Shown in pieces: positions 1 to 11,270 of a stretch of DNA of 64,000 bases (position 1 is its first letter; every line of letters starts with the position of its first letter). Under the pieces are notes generated by a model, which was not told the origin of the DNA, ran no database searches, and saw nothing but the letters and a program-made list of their open reading frames with translations. Location of the stretch: contig OZ260666.1 in the NCBI GenBank assembly GCA_965285935.1, positions 22,320,001-22,384,000 of the forward strand, written 5' to 3'. A program made the position numbers and the translations under genes. The DNA is from Ophelia neglecta (lineage: Eukaryota).

Positions 1-1481
1 TGTCACCAATCATCCTCGTTTACAATGCTTCAAAAGTCCCAGAAACTTTAGCAAATAAAAAGGATTAATTTCCATACTTCGTTTGAATTCATTCATGTTG
101 CCGTGTTCCGAAAGCTGTTCGATGTCCGCCGTTTTGTCATTTCTTCAGATATATTTTTGTTATGAGGTCAACATTGGCCTGTTATCATAGTATTTTTCAC
201 CTACGTAAACTAACGTTATGAAAATCGGATTTTAGTTTATAAACTCTATTTCCTCCCCTATAGTCCTCATCTCTTGAGCGTACAAGCGATTTAAGCTCAG
301 AACCAATGGAATTTTCATTCCATTTTGAACAGGGGTCATTGTATCAATTTTATATTATATTCATCGGTGCTTTATCATGAAATTTCTCACTCATATTATT
401 ATAGCCACTTTCTAATTTACATTCTAAGCACATTTGAATTTGAGGGCATCAGTAAAGGCTGTGGTAAAAATGAGATTAAAGAGACGGGGACAAAAGGACT
501 GTACTATATTCTATATCATGGTTAAACGTTTATCTGGTAGATTTTAAAAAGTATCACGGCAGTTGTCATTAATTACATCCACGTCATCCTGCAACCACGG
601 AAAAAAAGGACATAAGGATTTACACACACAAAAAAGATCCTTGTGTCATTATTAATTATTAAGAATATGAAATATAAAAGTATCATATTTTTTTCATTAA
701 GAAAAACACAAACTTGTCATAGATATGGGTAGATGTAGATGTCATACATGATTTACATACTTAATAGATCATTGTTTTGTCTAACTATTGCTAAAGTCAC
801 GATAAAAGGGCCCATTATTCCGTCATCTATACAGATACAAATTACGCAAGTCTCTGTGGCCATTTTGGGTCCCTATCATGATGCTCCAGTTAGAAAAATT
901 TCAAATAACTAATCACCGTATTAGTAGATATAGGAAAGTTAGCTTTTGAAATAAGATTAAACTGTAGAAACCTCCCTACACCTGGGGGATATACACGTTT
1001 CTGCAAATCCCCATTCCTTCGAGTGTCCACAGCAAATAATGATCAAATTAGCCAGGTAATTGCCCTGTATTTTACATTCTAGAAAAAAAATAAAATTGGT
1101 AAAATTGTTGAGTTTAAAAGGCATGGTTATAGAGATAAACAAGCAGGGTTTCTCCCACCTTACCCCGTATAGCTCTCAAGGGGTTGGAAGGGGGGGGGGG
1201 GATCCACTGACTAGCGGACTAAGTCAGGCACGGAATAGGGCCTAAATCCTGGTCGGAATTAGTCTACTTTTCTTGTCGGAATTAAACGCTGAGCGTTATT
1301 AACTGCCTTTATCTTATCACACAGCACATTTTACTTCCTACGATTTTTCTTTGCTATTTTCGCGATTTTAAAGACTGCTTGAGAATTTGCCTGGTTTACA
1401 CTAAAATGACGGTTTCGGTAAAGCGAGCAGTAATACACATCGGCTATCATAACGTATAGACTCAGGGGTATAGATATTATA

Positions 1482-1855
1482 AAACACGACCGCCAAGTTA
1501 CCGTACTGACTCGTCAAACACGACCGCCAAGTTACCGTACTGACTCGTCAAACACGACCTCCATGTTACCGTACTGACTCGTCAAACACGACCGCCAAGT
1601 TGCCGTACTGACTCGTCAAACACGACCGTCATGTTACCGTACTGACCCGGCAAACACGACCGCCATGTTACCGTACTGACTCGGCAAACACGACCGCCAT
1701 GTTACCGTACTGACTCGTCAAACACGACCGCCATGTTACCGTACTGACTCGTCAAACACGACCGTCATGTTTCCGTACTGACCCGGCAAACACGACCGCC
1801 ATGTTACCGGACTCACTCGGCAAACACGACCGCAATGTTACCGGACTGACTCGGC
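1482..1855. repeat. 34-bp minisatellite, 11 copies (aaacacgaccgcca(a/t)gttaccgtactgactcg(t/g)c)
   Basis: Unit starts at 1482, 1516 ... 1856 with exact 34-bp periodicity. Confidence 0.95.
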
Positions 1856-1856
1856 A

Positions 1857-2452
1857 AACACGACCGCCATGTTACCGTATAGACTGCTGTATAACACGAC
1901 CGCCATGATACCGTATAGACTGCTGTATAACACGACCGCCATGATACCGTATAGACTGCTGTATAACACGCCAGCCATGATACCGTATAGACTGCTGTAT
2001 AACACGACCGCCATGATACCGTATAGACTGCTGTTTAACACGACCGCCATGTTACCGTATAGACTGCTGTATAACACGACCGCCATGATACCGTATAGAC
2101 TGCTGTATAACACGACCGCCATGATACCGTATAGACTGCTGTATAACACGCCAGCCATGATACCGTATAGACTGCTGTATAACACGACCGCCATGATACC
2201 GTATAGACTGTTGTTTAACACGACCGCCATGTTACCGTATAGACTGCTGTATAACACGACCGCCATGATACCGTATAGACTGCTGTATAACACGCCAGCC
2301 ATGATACCGTATAGACTGCTGTATAACACGACCGCCATGATACCGTATAGACTGCTGTATAACACGACCGCCATGATACAGTATATACTGCTGTATAACA
2401 CGACCGCCATGTTACCGGATAGACTGTTGTAAAACGCGACCGCCAAGTTACC
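1857..2452. repeat. 36-bp minisatellite, ~16.5 copies, with a 180-bp (5-mer) higher-order repeat
   Basis: Unit aacacgaccgccatgataccgtatagactgctgtat. 1861-2040 and 2041-2220 are near-identical blocks. The 36-bp period explains the repetitive ORFs on both strands. Confidence 0.95.
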
Positions 2453-3119
2453 CTACAGCTATCTGCAAAACACGGACGCCAGGTTATTGTTTATACTGCT
2501 CTTAAAATGAAGAACATATTTAGGAAATATCTTTAGAAATAATTATTGAGGGGCCAAGTGATTATTTTACGATAGCCATTTTACGACAATTTAATATATT
2601 TTTTTCATTTTGTTCGCCAAATACCAAGAGAAACATAGACTTGTGGTACGTCTGAATATCTAAATTGTCATAAACATTTTAAGTTCGCCAAATAAGCCAT
2701 GATCTCTTATAGGCTATATTTCATTAAATATATTAGCTGTGATAAATAAACTTCATGTACTATTAAACACAGAAAACAAAGAGTTTTTTTTTTGGGTTAA
2801 GAGTTTATTACAAATAAAGAGTGGTTGCAACGTCAATAAGAAGGTATTTTATTATCCGGCTTGCCGTTTTTCTATCGTCAAGTGCTGTTCTCATGCTATG
2901 TTACTTTCCTATACCTTGGACACCTCAAAGGTCAATTATATACTTTTCTCTTCAAACCTCGTGCCTTCCTACTCCATACTGTTGTCTTTAGTGGACCCGA
3001 ACCCATCAGGTTTTCACACTCTACAGGGTATAGTGCAGAGGGAGAGGCAGCAGACACCGACCTATATACAGTGGAGGGGAAGGGCGGGCGGGGGGGGGGG
3101 GGGGGGCGGAGAGAGACAA

Positions 3120-3475
3120 CAACGATCTTGACACTCCGGTCATGGGGGAGGGGGGGGGGGGGAGCCGTCAACGACCATGGGGTCCTCAAGTCAAGACAAC
3201 AACCACGATTTATAGACACTCCAAACATGGGGTCCTGAAGTATCAAGGGCGGGGCGGGGGCCTACACAGCGTGGGTGGGAGACATCTGCACAATAAACAC
3301 TCCGGGCATGGAGTCCTGAAATATCAGCGGAGTAAGTGGGGGGGGGGGGGGAGGGAGCGCTGACAACCACGGCTTATAGACAATCCCGACTCATGACAGA
3401 GGGAAGAGAGGGCAGACGACATGCCACTTCCTACGGACACTCCCGACATGACGTCCTGAACTCTACACGGACGTC
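3120..3475. repeat. Degenerate ~80-bp repeats with G-runs, in the probable 3' UTR of the Pro-rich gene
   Basis: Motif (g/a)cactcc..catg..gtcctgaa recurs, with some copies partial, at ~3131, 3214, 3295, 3378 and 3435, interleaved with poly-G tracts. Confidence 0.6.
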
Positions 3476-3667
3476 GACCATCGAGGGACCGCCACCAGGA
3501 GAGCAACCGACCTCAGACCGCCGTACCTCAGTCTGTGGTAGGTTACTCACCTTAGTGGGGTCTGAGCGAACAATCTGACGTCTTCGAGAAGACAAGGCGC
3601 CATTGTCGGGGGACTGTAGGTGTAAGGCTGAGCGTCGTCACAATGCACAAACATTTATATGTCCAAG

Positions 3668-4436
3668 TTACGACCTGTCTTTCCGTTTCTTAACGAACGA
3701 CCCCTTGACAAAACATTTCGCCGCGTCCAGGAGACTCATAGCCTCACCCTTCTTGCGGGTCCTGGACGCAGAGCTGTCGGTGGTTGGCATGTGGTCGACA
3801 GATGGCAGTGTGACTGAAGGCCGGGGATTGGAGCGCGGGTGACCGCTTGGTGGGCGAGGGAGGAAACGCGGGGCTGGCTGGTCAATATCTGGCAGAGACA
3901 CCGGCGAACCCTGGCTAGTAGGGCGGAGAGGGCTTGGAGGGCGGGGGACGAGCATAGGGGCGTCCGAGGTGGACGCCTCAGGCCTTGAGTAGGATTTTAC
4001 TGCTCTGGTACACAGTGGTTCTGAGACCATCTGAGGAAGGAACGGTGCTGGTCGCCTCTGTGAGGGTCTGGCAGCGGTTTGTGGGCGGGGAACATGGGAT
4101 CTGGTTTCCCTGATATCTGCTGGGGTTCCGTCTTCCTCGCTGTTTTCCTGTTTAACTTGGACGGTGTTATGGTAGTGTGGTGCTGGCCGCCTTAGAGCTG
4201 GTCTGGCTGCGGTTGGTGGGCGAGGAGCGAGGGTTCTGGTGTCGACCGCGGGAGAGGCGTCTTCCTCGCTGGTGTCCAAGGCCTCGGAGACTGTCTTAGG
4301 GCGGGGCGGTACTGGTCGCCGCTGTGCAGGTCTGGCTGAGGCTGGCGGGCAGGGCACATTAAGCGTGTATTCGGTGATTGTTACCGGAGGGTGGTTCTCC
4401 TCACTGTTCTGGTCACACTCTGTTGACATGGCGTGC
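3668..4436 (-). CDS. Pro/Arg-rich uncharacterised protein, last coding exon (exon 3)
   Basis: Acceptor ttttgcctctgcag|G at 4437/4436 is phase 2, matching the upstream donor (TG|G = Trp). Repeated PRPxTAARPxxRRP motifs, TAA stop at 3668, AATAAA on the minus strand at ~2848 and ~2804. Confidence 0.7.
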
Positions 4437-4846
4437 CTGCAGAGGCAAAAGGGTAACAATTAACAATTACACATTTTTTAAATTATATCTGTAGGACATG
4501 TATGAAAGAAATTATTTGAGATGGTATATAATATTCTTGAACAGTGAAGCTTAAGAGAAAGGATCAATATGCATTGTGACATCCATATTTCAATGACTTG
4601 CATATCAGCGAAAATAAAACGCAGAAGATACGTTATGCCAGCAGGTTGGAAGCTACTGTTATGAAAGGACCTTCAATGAAGTATTATGGGTTTTAATCAC
4701 GGCCTTGACCTACACTACAGGTCATGTAAGGCGCGTTTGCGTCCCAGCGTTCTGCGGGCGAGCCTTGGCGGGCCAGCAGATTGCCGCCGGCATTGCCGCT
4801 AGCTGGAGGTGAGTTTTCTTTAAGCCCGGACTGTACATTTACTCAC

Positions 4847-5736
4847 CAGTCTATGATCCACGCCGTGGGTTGCGCCTTCCTGGCGACATTCACGTGGCTG
4901 TCTTCTGACACGCTGGTCCTTTCTATTGCCGGACTGATCTGCCTGGCAGGACGGGATGGCTGATGTAACTGTCTGTCACCACGCCGAGAGGAAGGACGAG
5001 GGGCCGTTGGAGGCTTGGGGACGAGGGTGTCTCCTCCCATCGCTGGGAGAGGCGGGGATGGGACCCCTGAGGTCCCCGGCTGGGAGGTGTCCCCGTCAGG
5101 CTGAGGCTCAGGGGTCAGCGACTTGGAATTTTCCTCCACATTACTCGCCCCATACCACCTCATGGCAGCGGCCCTCTTTATCGCTGCGGAATCTGTCATC
5201 CCCCTGAACTCCGGCGGCAGATTATTGGGATAATCCAGGGGGTAGAGGCACGCCCTATACTCTGGCCATTGGTATAGCCCCCTGGCGTAAATGCAATAAG
5301 GGTTTGGTGTGAATTTGGTTTTTGTTTTGTTTTTTCTGACAGTATTGGGATGTATGGGTGGTTTACTGGTTACTGTGTTGTTGGGTGTGTCACTAGACTT
5401 TGTCTTCTGTGGGGCTGGTTTGTCGTTGTTGTTGTTGTTGTCTCTGTTGTTGTTGTTTTTGTTGCCGCCGGAGTCAGGTGCTGGTTTGTTGTTGTTGTTG
5501 TTGTCTCTGTTGTTGTTGTTTATGTTGACGCCGGAGTCAGGGACTGGTTTGTTGTTGTTGTTGTCTCTGTTGTTGTTGTTTATGTTGTCGCCGGAGTCAG
5601 GGACTGGTTTGTTGTTGTTGTCTCTGTTGTTCTTGTTTTTGTTGCCGCCGGAGTCAGGGGCTGGTTTCCTGGGTTGAGTAAATTTGTTCTCCTCTCTTAG
5701 ACTCCTAAAGGCAGGAGAAACAAGGAACACGATCGG
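4847..5736 (-). CDS. Pro/Arg-rich uncharacterised protein, exon 2, containing a KPxPDSG-(N)n coding minisatellite
   Basis: Acceptor (t)n cag|CCG at 5737/5736 (phase 0); donor TG|GTGAGT at 4847/4846 (phase 2); frame open throughout. Confidence 0.7.
5410..5667 (-). repeat. Coding minisatellite: 4-5 units of KP(A/V)PDSG..NNNNRDNNN with (AAC)n tracts
   Basis: ccggagtcagg and (gtt)n blocks recur every ~57-66 bp on the + strand. Confidence 0.9.
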
Positions 5737-7426
5737 CTGAAAAAAAAACGGATTGATTTAACTATCACCTGAAGGTTATAGGTATGTAGTAATCTACAAA
5801 CTATCAAAATACGTCACTCAATATTGTGGATCATATTATTAGATATATAAGACAGTTGAGCATTACTGGGGAACGGTATCAATAGGTGAGGTCACTCGAT
5901 TAGGCTAGCCACTAGGCGGATCTTTACTAAAACTATGAGTAACCCAAAGATATAGGTTTGAAAGGTTTTATGATATACAATGGCGACTGGAAAATTACAT
6001 AAGAAAATCATCACATACAGAATTGAAGAGTGAAATATTATGCCTCGGTTACAGAATTCTGAAATCAATTTGCAGGATCAGCAAAGGGTCACAAAAGTTG
6101 CGGCTATGTGATTCATAATCTGCCCCCCCCCCCCCAACCGCGCCCCGGATGCTAATAATAAACATTCCCTAAGGCATGTGGAGTATGAGTGTCACAATGT
6201 TTGGCACGTCACAGCACTTGATTTAATCCATGTACTGATTACCGTCATATATATTGACACATTGAGTTAAAATGTCTTGTTTTTTGTCGCATTGCTAGAT
6301 AGCGACGCAATGCTAGGGGGCCCGGGGGCATACCCCCCAGAAGATGTTACCAAAATGAGGTGTCAAATAGTCCCATTAAAAGCAATCTAGTCATCTTAGC
6401 TTTGGGGAAAAAGTAGTCCGGCCATGGCCGGTGCGTTCGTTATTCCCCTGTTTATCACCCATTATTTATAAATCAGGAATGAGATTTTATAGAAATAAAC
6501 ATTTTATTACAATATTAGCGCAGGTCTCAACTAATTTGGAAAATTCTAATATTAAAAAGAAACTTGAGATTGCTCCCAGTAAACCGGGACCTGGCTGGTC
6601 GGTTCCCTGAGGGAGGAGAAATCTGTTTGGAAATTACATCTGGATCACTCTGTTTGTGCACTTGTTGTTCCGTAACATTAACACTGCTGTGCAACGAAGT
6701 CAGGCTTTCCGCGAAGGAGTGAATATCCTCGAAAAAACCTGACTAATTTATTGGAAAAACTGACTCAAAACCTGGTCATTTTACCAAAAAATTACCCTAG
6801 TTCCGCGGACAGGCGGGATGTCACTGACTCCATTGTACATTAACTGTTTGGGCACATTTAAGGTATTCGCATGCGTGAATGTTGTTGAAGGCTGAGGGAG
6901 GAACAGCTACTGCATGAAGGACCAGATATTATGACGGGTGAAAAACGACACAGTTACTCCGATCCCCAAATATTCCCCAATAGCCCCCAGTTCCTTTAAA
7001 AAAAACATAGTCGGGAGTGACATAAGTTAAATATGCACCAGTTATAAAATCAAAGCACAGCCACAAGCAAGCCAGATTATACGTCATTTGAAAACTGATT
7101 TTTTTCCCAAACACTTTGCTTTAAAATTAGATACACTTTGTTCATGATTTTTACTGCAAATTCACACTCAATGTAGACCTTGTATAGACCTGCATACTGT
7201 GGATAATGAAGAAAATAATATTCCGAGAAACAAGGCATGACCCATATATCAGTCTTAAATCCCGGGCATAAAGGGCTGGCTACTTCTTAGCGAGGTCGCC
7301 TTTATAATAATTCACCTCTAAGTTTTTATATCGGAATATTTTTGTTAGTATATTTGCCCCAGTAGTTTTTTCCATGTTGTGGTCTAGGTACAGTCCCGTA
7401 ATATTTATTACAATAAATAATCCTAC

Positions 7427-7609
7427 CTTAGACTCTCCCAAAAGAAACGGTGGTTGGACAACATTTTCCTGGGCATCTTGAAGATGTGGATCTTCATCCT
7501 GGTTTCTGCGTGACTCGAGGGGTTGAAATTCTTCACTTTCACTCATCCTTTGTTGCATTTCATCCGACATTTTTTCGTCTAACGGGCGTAGCGCTCGTTC
7601 TATGAACAT
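7427..7609 (-). CDS. Pro/Arg-rich uncharacterised protein, first coding exon
   Basis: Acceptor cctgcag| at 7618/7617, ATG at 7609, donor AAG|GTAGGA at 7427/7426 (phase 0, in frame with exon 2). Confidence 0.55.
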
Positions 7610-7843
7610 AGCGCTGACTGCAGGTTACCAATAGAATTCGTCTAGATTTCCAACTAATTGTCAATTTCTTTCTCTGTTTTAAACACAGTTTGTAGAAAAA
7701 GAACAAGTATCAGTTGTATCAGTGGTCCATCTTCCGACTCCTTTGAAAAAAAAAAGAATGTCCCTTTGTTCATACTTCATGGCTCAATTTTTCATCAAAT
7801 CAGAAGTGATGCGGGGAAAGTAGTAACAGTGGGGTGAGGAGAA

Positions 7844-7979
7844 ACCATGCCCACAAACCCGCTAGCTGGCATACCATGCCCACAAACCCGCTAGCTGACA
7901 TACCATGCCCACAAACCCGCTAGCTGACATACCATGCCCACAAACCCGCTAGCTGACATACCATGCCCACAAACCCGCT
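7844..7979. repeat. 29-bp tandem repeat, ~4.7 copies (accatgcccacaaacccgctagctgacat)
   Basis: Direct periodicity at 7844, 7873, 7902, 7931, 7960. Confidence 0.95.
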
Positions 7980-8981
7980 TCAAATTCTCAAAAGAGATTA
8001 TTCAAGTCAGGATAAAGTCGGCAAATCCTTTTTTAATTCAATCCTTTCAACAACAAAAAATTATTTAAATCAAATGTTTAGGTAGCAAGGAATAATTTGG
8101 TTTGTCCTCTTTTGATAAATTTTGGATTTAAGTGTGACAATTAATAGTATTTCCCATAGATTTTTATTCTTATCAGGCCCTTGAATAATGTGAACTGAAT
8201 ATTATGCGTTCCAGTTTAATCGATTATTAAAGTTGCAATTGATTAGTAAAGATGGTTGGGGTTATCACCCAATTCTTTATTATAGTCCTATTTCATGATC
8301 GTCCCATCACTTATGAATGTCCGAACTGTATAACCCAGCGGACAATTCTTACGCCCCGGATGTTAGCCTGTTAGTCTGGGCACCTCTCTCTGTGATCCCT
8401 GCAACAGTTCTGTTATATCTAGACCGGGACCTACGTGTAAAAACTGCACACCGGGCCACATATTCTCGAGACTGAAGAAATCCTGCCAGTATAACGCTTG
8501 AAAGCGACAAACGCGGCAGAATTGTATGTTACAACGTCGTGTATTATGGGGGATATAAACTGCGAATTCTCAAACTGTAAACAGACTACGGAACATCTCG
8601 CTATAAACTGCATTGAAATGGGTCCGGCTGTAAGGTCATTAGATCTGGACCATTGTGTGATGAAACACAAACCAGGCCCCGCCGTGGGTCAGAAACAAAT
8701 CTTATTTGCCCATCCATGACAAAAGTAAGCAAGCTACCTTCGTCATCTAAATAAAAACATAGCCTTGTCATACGACGTCAGGAGATGACGCATCCTTCCC
8801 GGAGATTAACACAACGATTAAGGTTAAACAGGTATAGATATGTAAATTACCCCACGTCATATGTGGAGCACAAAGGGCAATCTCCGCTGATAGTCAATTT
8901 ACTAAGACATCTGACATCTGACATAACCTGTGGAGAGGGAGTCTCTGCTCCTAGAGGGGATACACAGGCCACGCATTACTT

Positions 8982-9169
8982 CGCCAGATATTAGAGACAA
9001 ACTCTGAAGTCCTAAGACGAAACGTTTATTACAGTCGAACGAACAGAACAGCCTACACTACAGCATACACTACAGCCCACCGCACAGGAGGCCAACACAA
9101 ACTCAGCGGTGTCATCTAGCAAAAGACCTAACATTAAACGAGATCTAAATATAGAACAATATAGTGGCG
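8982..9169 (-). repeat. 3' LTR
   Basis: Direct repeat of 14748-14935; contains AATAAA on the minus strand. Confidence 0.93.
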
Positions 9170-9682
9170 CAGTTGCTTTCCACCTAATAATAGTAATCTT
9201 CTCATAGTCAAATTACCACTGGTACAAGCTATAACAAAATACTCTTACTAAATAACACTTTCTAAATAAAGAGCAATATTTCCTACGCCACATGAACTAA
9301 TAGCTTTGTTTTTCATTGTAAAACTACAAAATAATATGGTGGTGCAGTTGCCTTCCACATAGCAGGTCTTATAATAGTCTCACATAGGCAAAATACCATT
9401 TAAGTCTACCTTGTAACACTTTCTAAATAAAGGGTAGTATTACTTATACTGTATACTAGACACAAACTAATAGCCTTGCCTGTCATCACGAGACTACAAA
9501 AAATAAATTTGACTATAGATCTAAACAATAACAATATTTAACTTGCATACAAACTATTGTCTCTGAAGTGTTGCCGTGTTTAATGGATGGGAAAATCCTA
9601 ATTTAAACGTTGTCAACTATATTTTACCCTCCTAATTAACGCATACATTAACTGAAAACATAATTATTTGTGAAGCTACATG

Positions 9683-10009
9683 TTATATCTGCCAATCACC
9701 CGTGGTCATCCATCCTGGAGGTTTACGCACACGTTGTGGACGATCTGGAAGGGCCGATGGCACCGAGGCCGGTATTGGCACTGTGCTAGGCGATGTAGCC
9801 AAGGCATCAGGAGGGTCCAGATGGACGTCCAAAGGGGGATCCTCGTCCGCAGAGAGACCAAAAGGACCGAAGTCTGCCACTGGAGGATCACTGTAGTCCT
9901 CGTTGTGGTTTATGTCAATGTGAGTAGTGGAGTCCTCCTCGGATTCGGTGTCGGAATGCCAGTCATCAACTGGAATATGCATGACCAGAAGTGAGGTTAT
10001 GGTCAGCAT
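9683..10009 (-). pseudogene. pol: Pol C-terminal acidic/Pro tail of integrase (another frameshift)
   Basis: Ends RPQRVRKPPGWM, the RxxRxRxPPxW tail typical of Gypsy integrases. Confidence 0.7.
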
Positions 10010-11270
10010 GGGTGGCGTCAGGCACAGGGTACAACTCTGACGGTTTCACCTCATAGAGCTTACTACGAAATTTGGAGCCGATCAGTTTCTTTATTTTGAC
10101 AAATGTGGGCCCACAAGATGACACAATATAGCGATCACGGGCACTGTGTTTTGTGCCGTCACTCTTAATATACACTATGTCCCCGGGTGAGAACCTATCC
10201 GACGATGGAGTGATACCGAAGGGAGCCTTTGACTTTGCGCTGTGTAGATGATTTTCTGAACGAGAAATGTGCTGTTCCCTTGCTAGGTGACGGTCACTCA
10301 CGTTGATTTGTTGACCAGTTGATAGATCACGTTGGAAAAGCATTTCCCGAGCACTCAAGCCCCTGGATCGAATCCGTGAATTAAGAGTAGCCACGGCCAG
10401 GGCAAGATCAGTAGATGAGATTGGGCCACCATCAGGGTGCAATTTCTTGAGTTCGAGAGAAAGTTCTTGGACTGATCTTTCTGCAACCGGGTTTTTGTTT
10501 TTATTTTTCAGGCGACCCAACTCCAAATTCAACCCAAGTCGGGCAAGGGAGGGATCTCCCAGGAGACTCTGTAATGCGCTGGCGCCATCCACACGTACAC
10601 TTGCACCAAAGGGAGATTTAAACTCGGCAGTGCACTCTATGAGGGCGGAGCGTAAATGGACTTTTTTCTCAGACGAAATTAGTCTGGCAACAGTGTAAGA
10701 TGTCAAAGTTTCTCTCAGTACGAAGATCTTCTGCCGGGCACGACACAGAACGTCACAGGCAAAGGTAGTTCCTGGAGTGTTTGGTGGTGTGCCTGTCGAG
10801 AACTCCACCAACTCTTTTGGCAAAGATCGAAGAGATGCACAATGAGAGCACTTCTCTGTGACAGCTGCGATCGCCTCGGGTGATTTAAGGGCAAAGAAGT
10901 GCCTATCGAAAACACGGGCTAGCTGAGTTTTGGACGGGTGACTTAGCTGTAGATGTAGAGCGGTGGCAAGGCCATATAAGATATGGGCAGGCACAACTAT
11001 AAGTTGGCGTGGAGGTGAGAAAGGCGTTGTGTGCTTCACCACCAAGCAACCCTCACGGCCTATAGTTGCTCTTTGTAGGTAGCGCTTTACCTCTTTGATG
11101 TTTTTGGCTTTTGTAGAAGGGCAGGTTCCTTGATGGAGGTGAGAGTAGACACGCCTCAAAGTGGGACAGTCCTGTTGAGATTGCTTCCAAGTAGGAAGAT
11201 TTGTAAAGGGCATAGGACGACGACCTTCCAACACATCAGGCACGGTGACAGAGCAAACAGTGGCGGACTC
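9966..11270 (-). pseudogene. pol: Pol: integrase (frameshifted relative to RT/RH)
   Basis: HHCC motif (H..SH...CSHC), DDE triad (ACDV, RVDG, VAER) and a GDIVY/RYIV C-terminal domain. Confidence 0.88.

Noticed and set aside
1838-2446. Repetitive ORFs on both strands (202 aa and 187 aa)
   Set aside because: By-product of a stop-free 36-bp satellite; no splice or other coding evidence.
1482-2452. CRISPR-like appearance of 34-36-bp repeats
   Set aside because: Units are contiguous with no unique spacers, the context is eukaryotic, and there are no cas genes.
5309-5700. Poly-Leu and poly-Val 'membrane protein' ORFs on the + strand
   Set aside because: Antisense shadows of the (AAC)n coding minisatellite.
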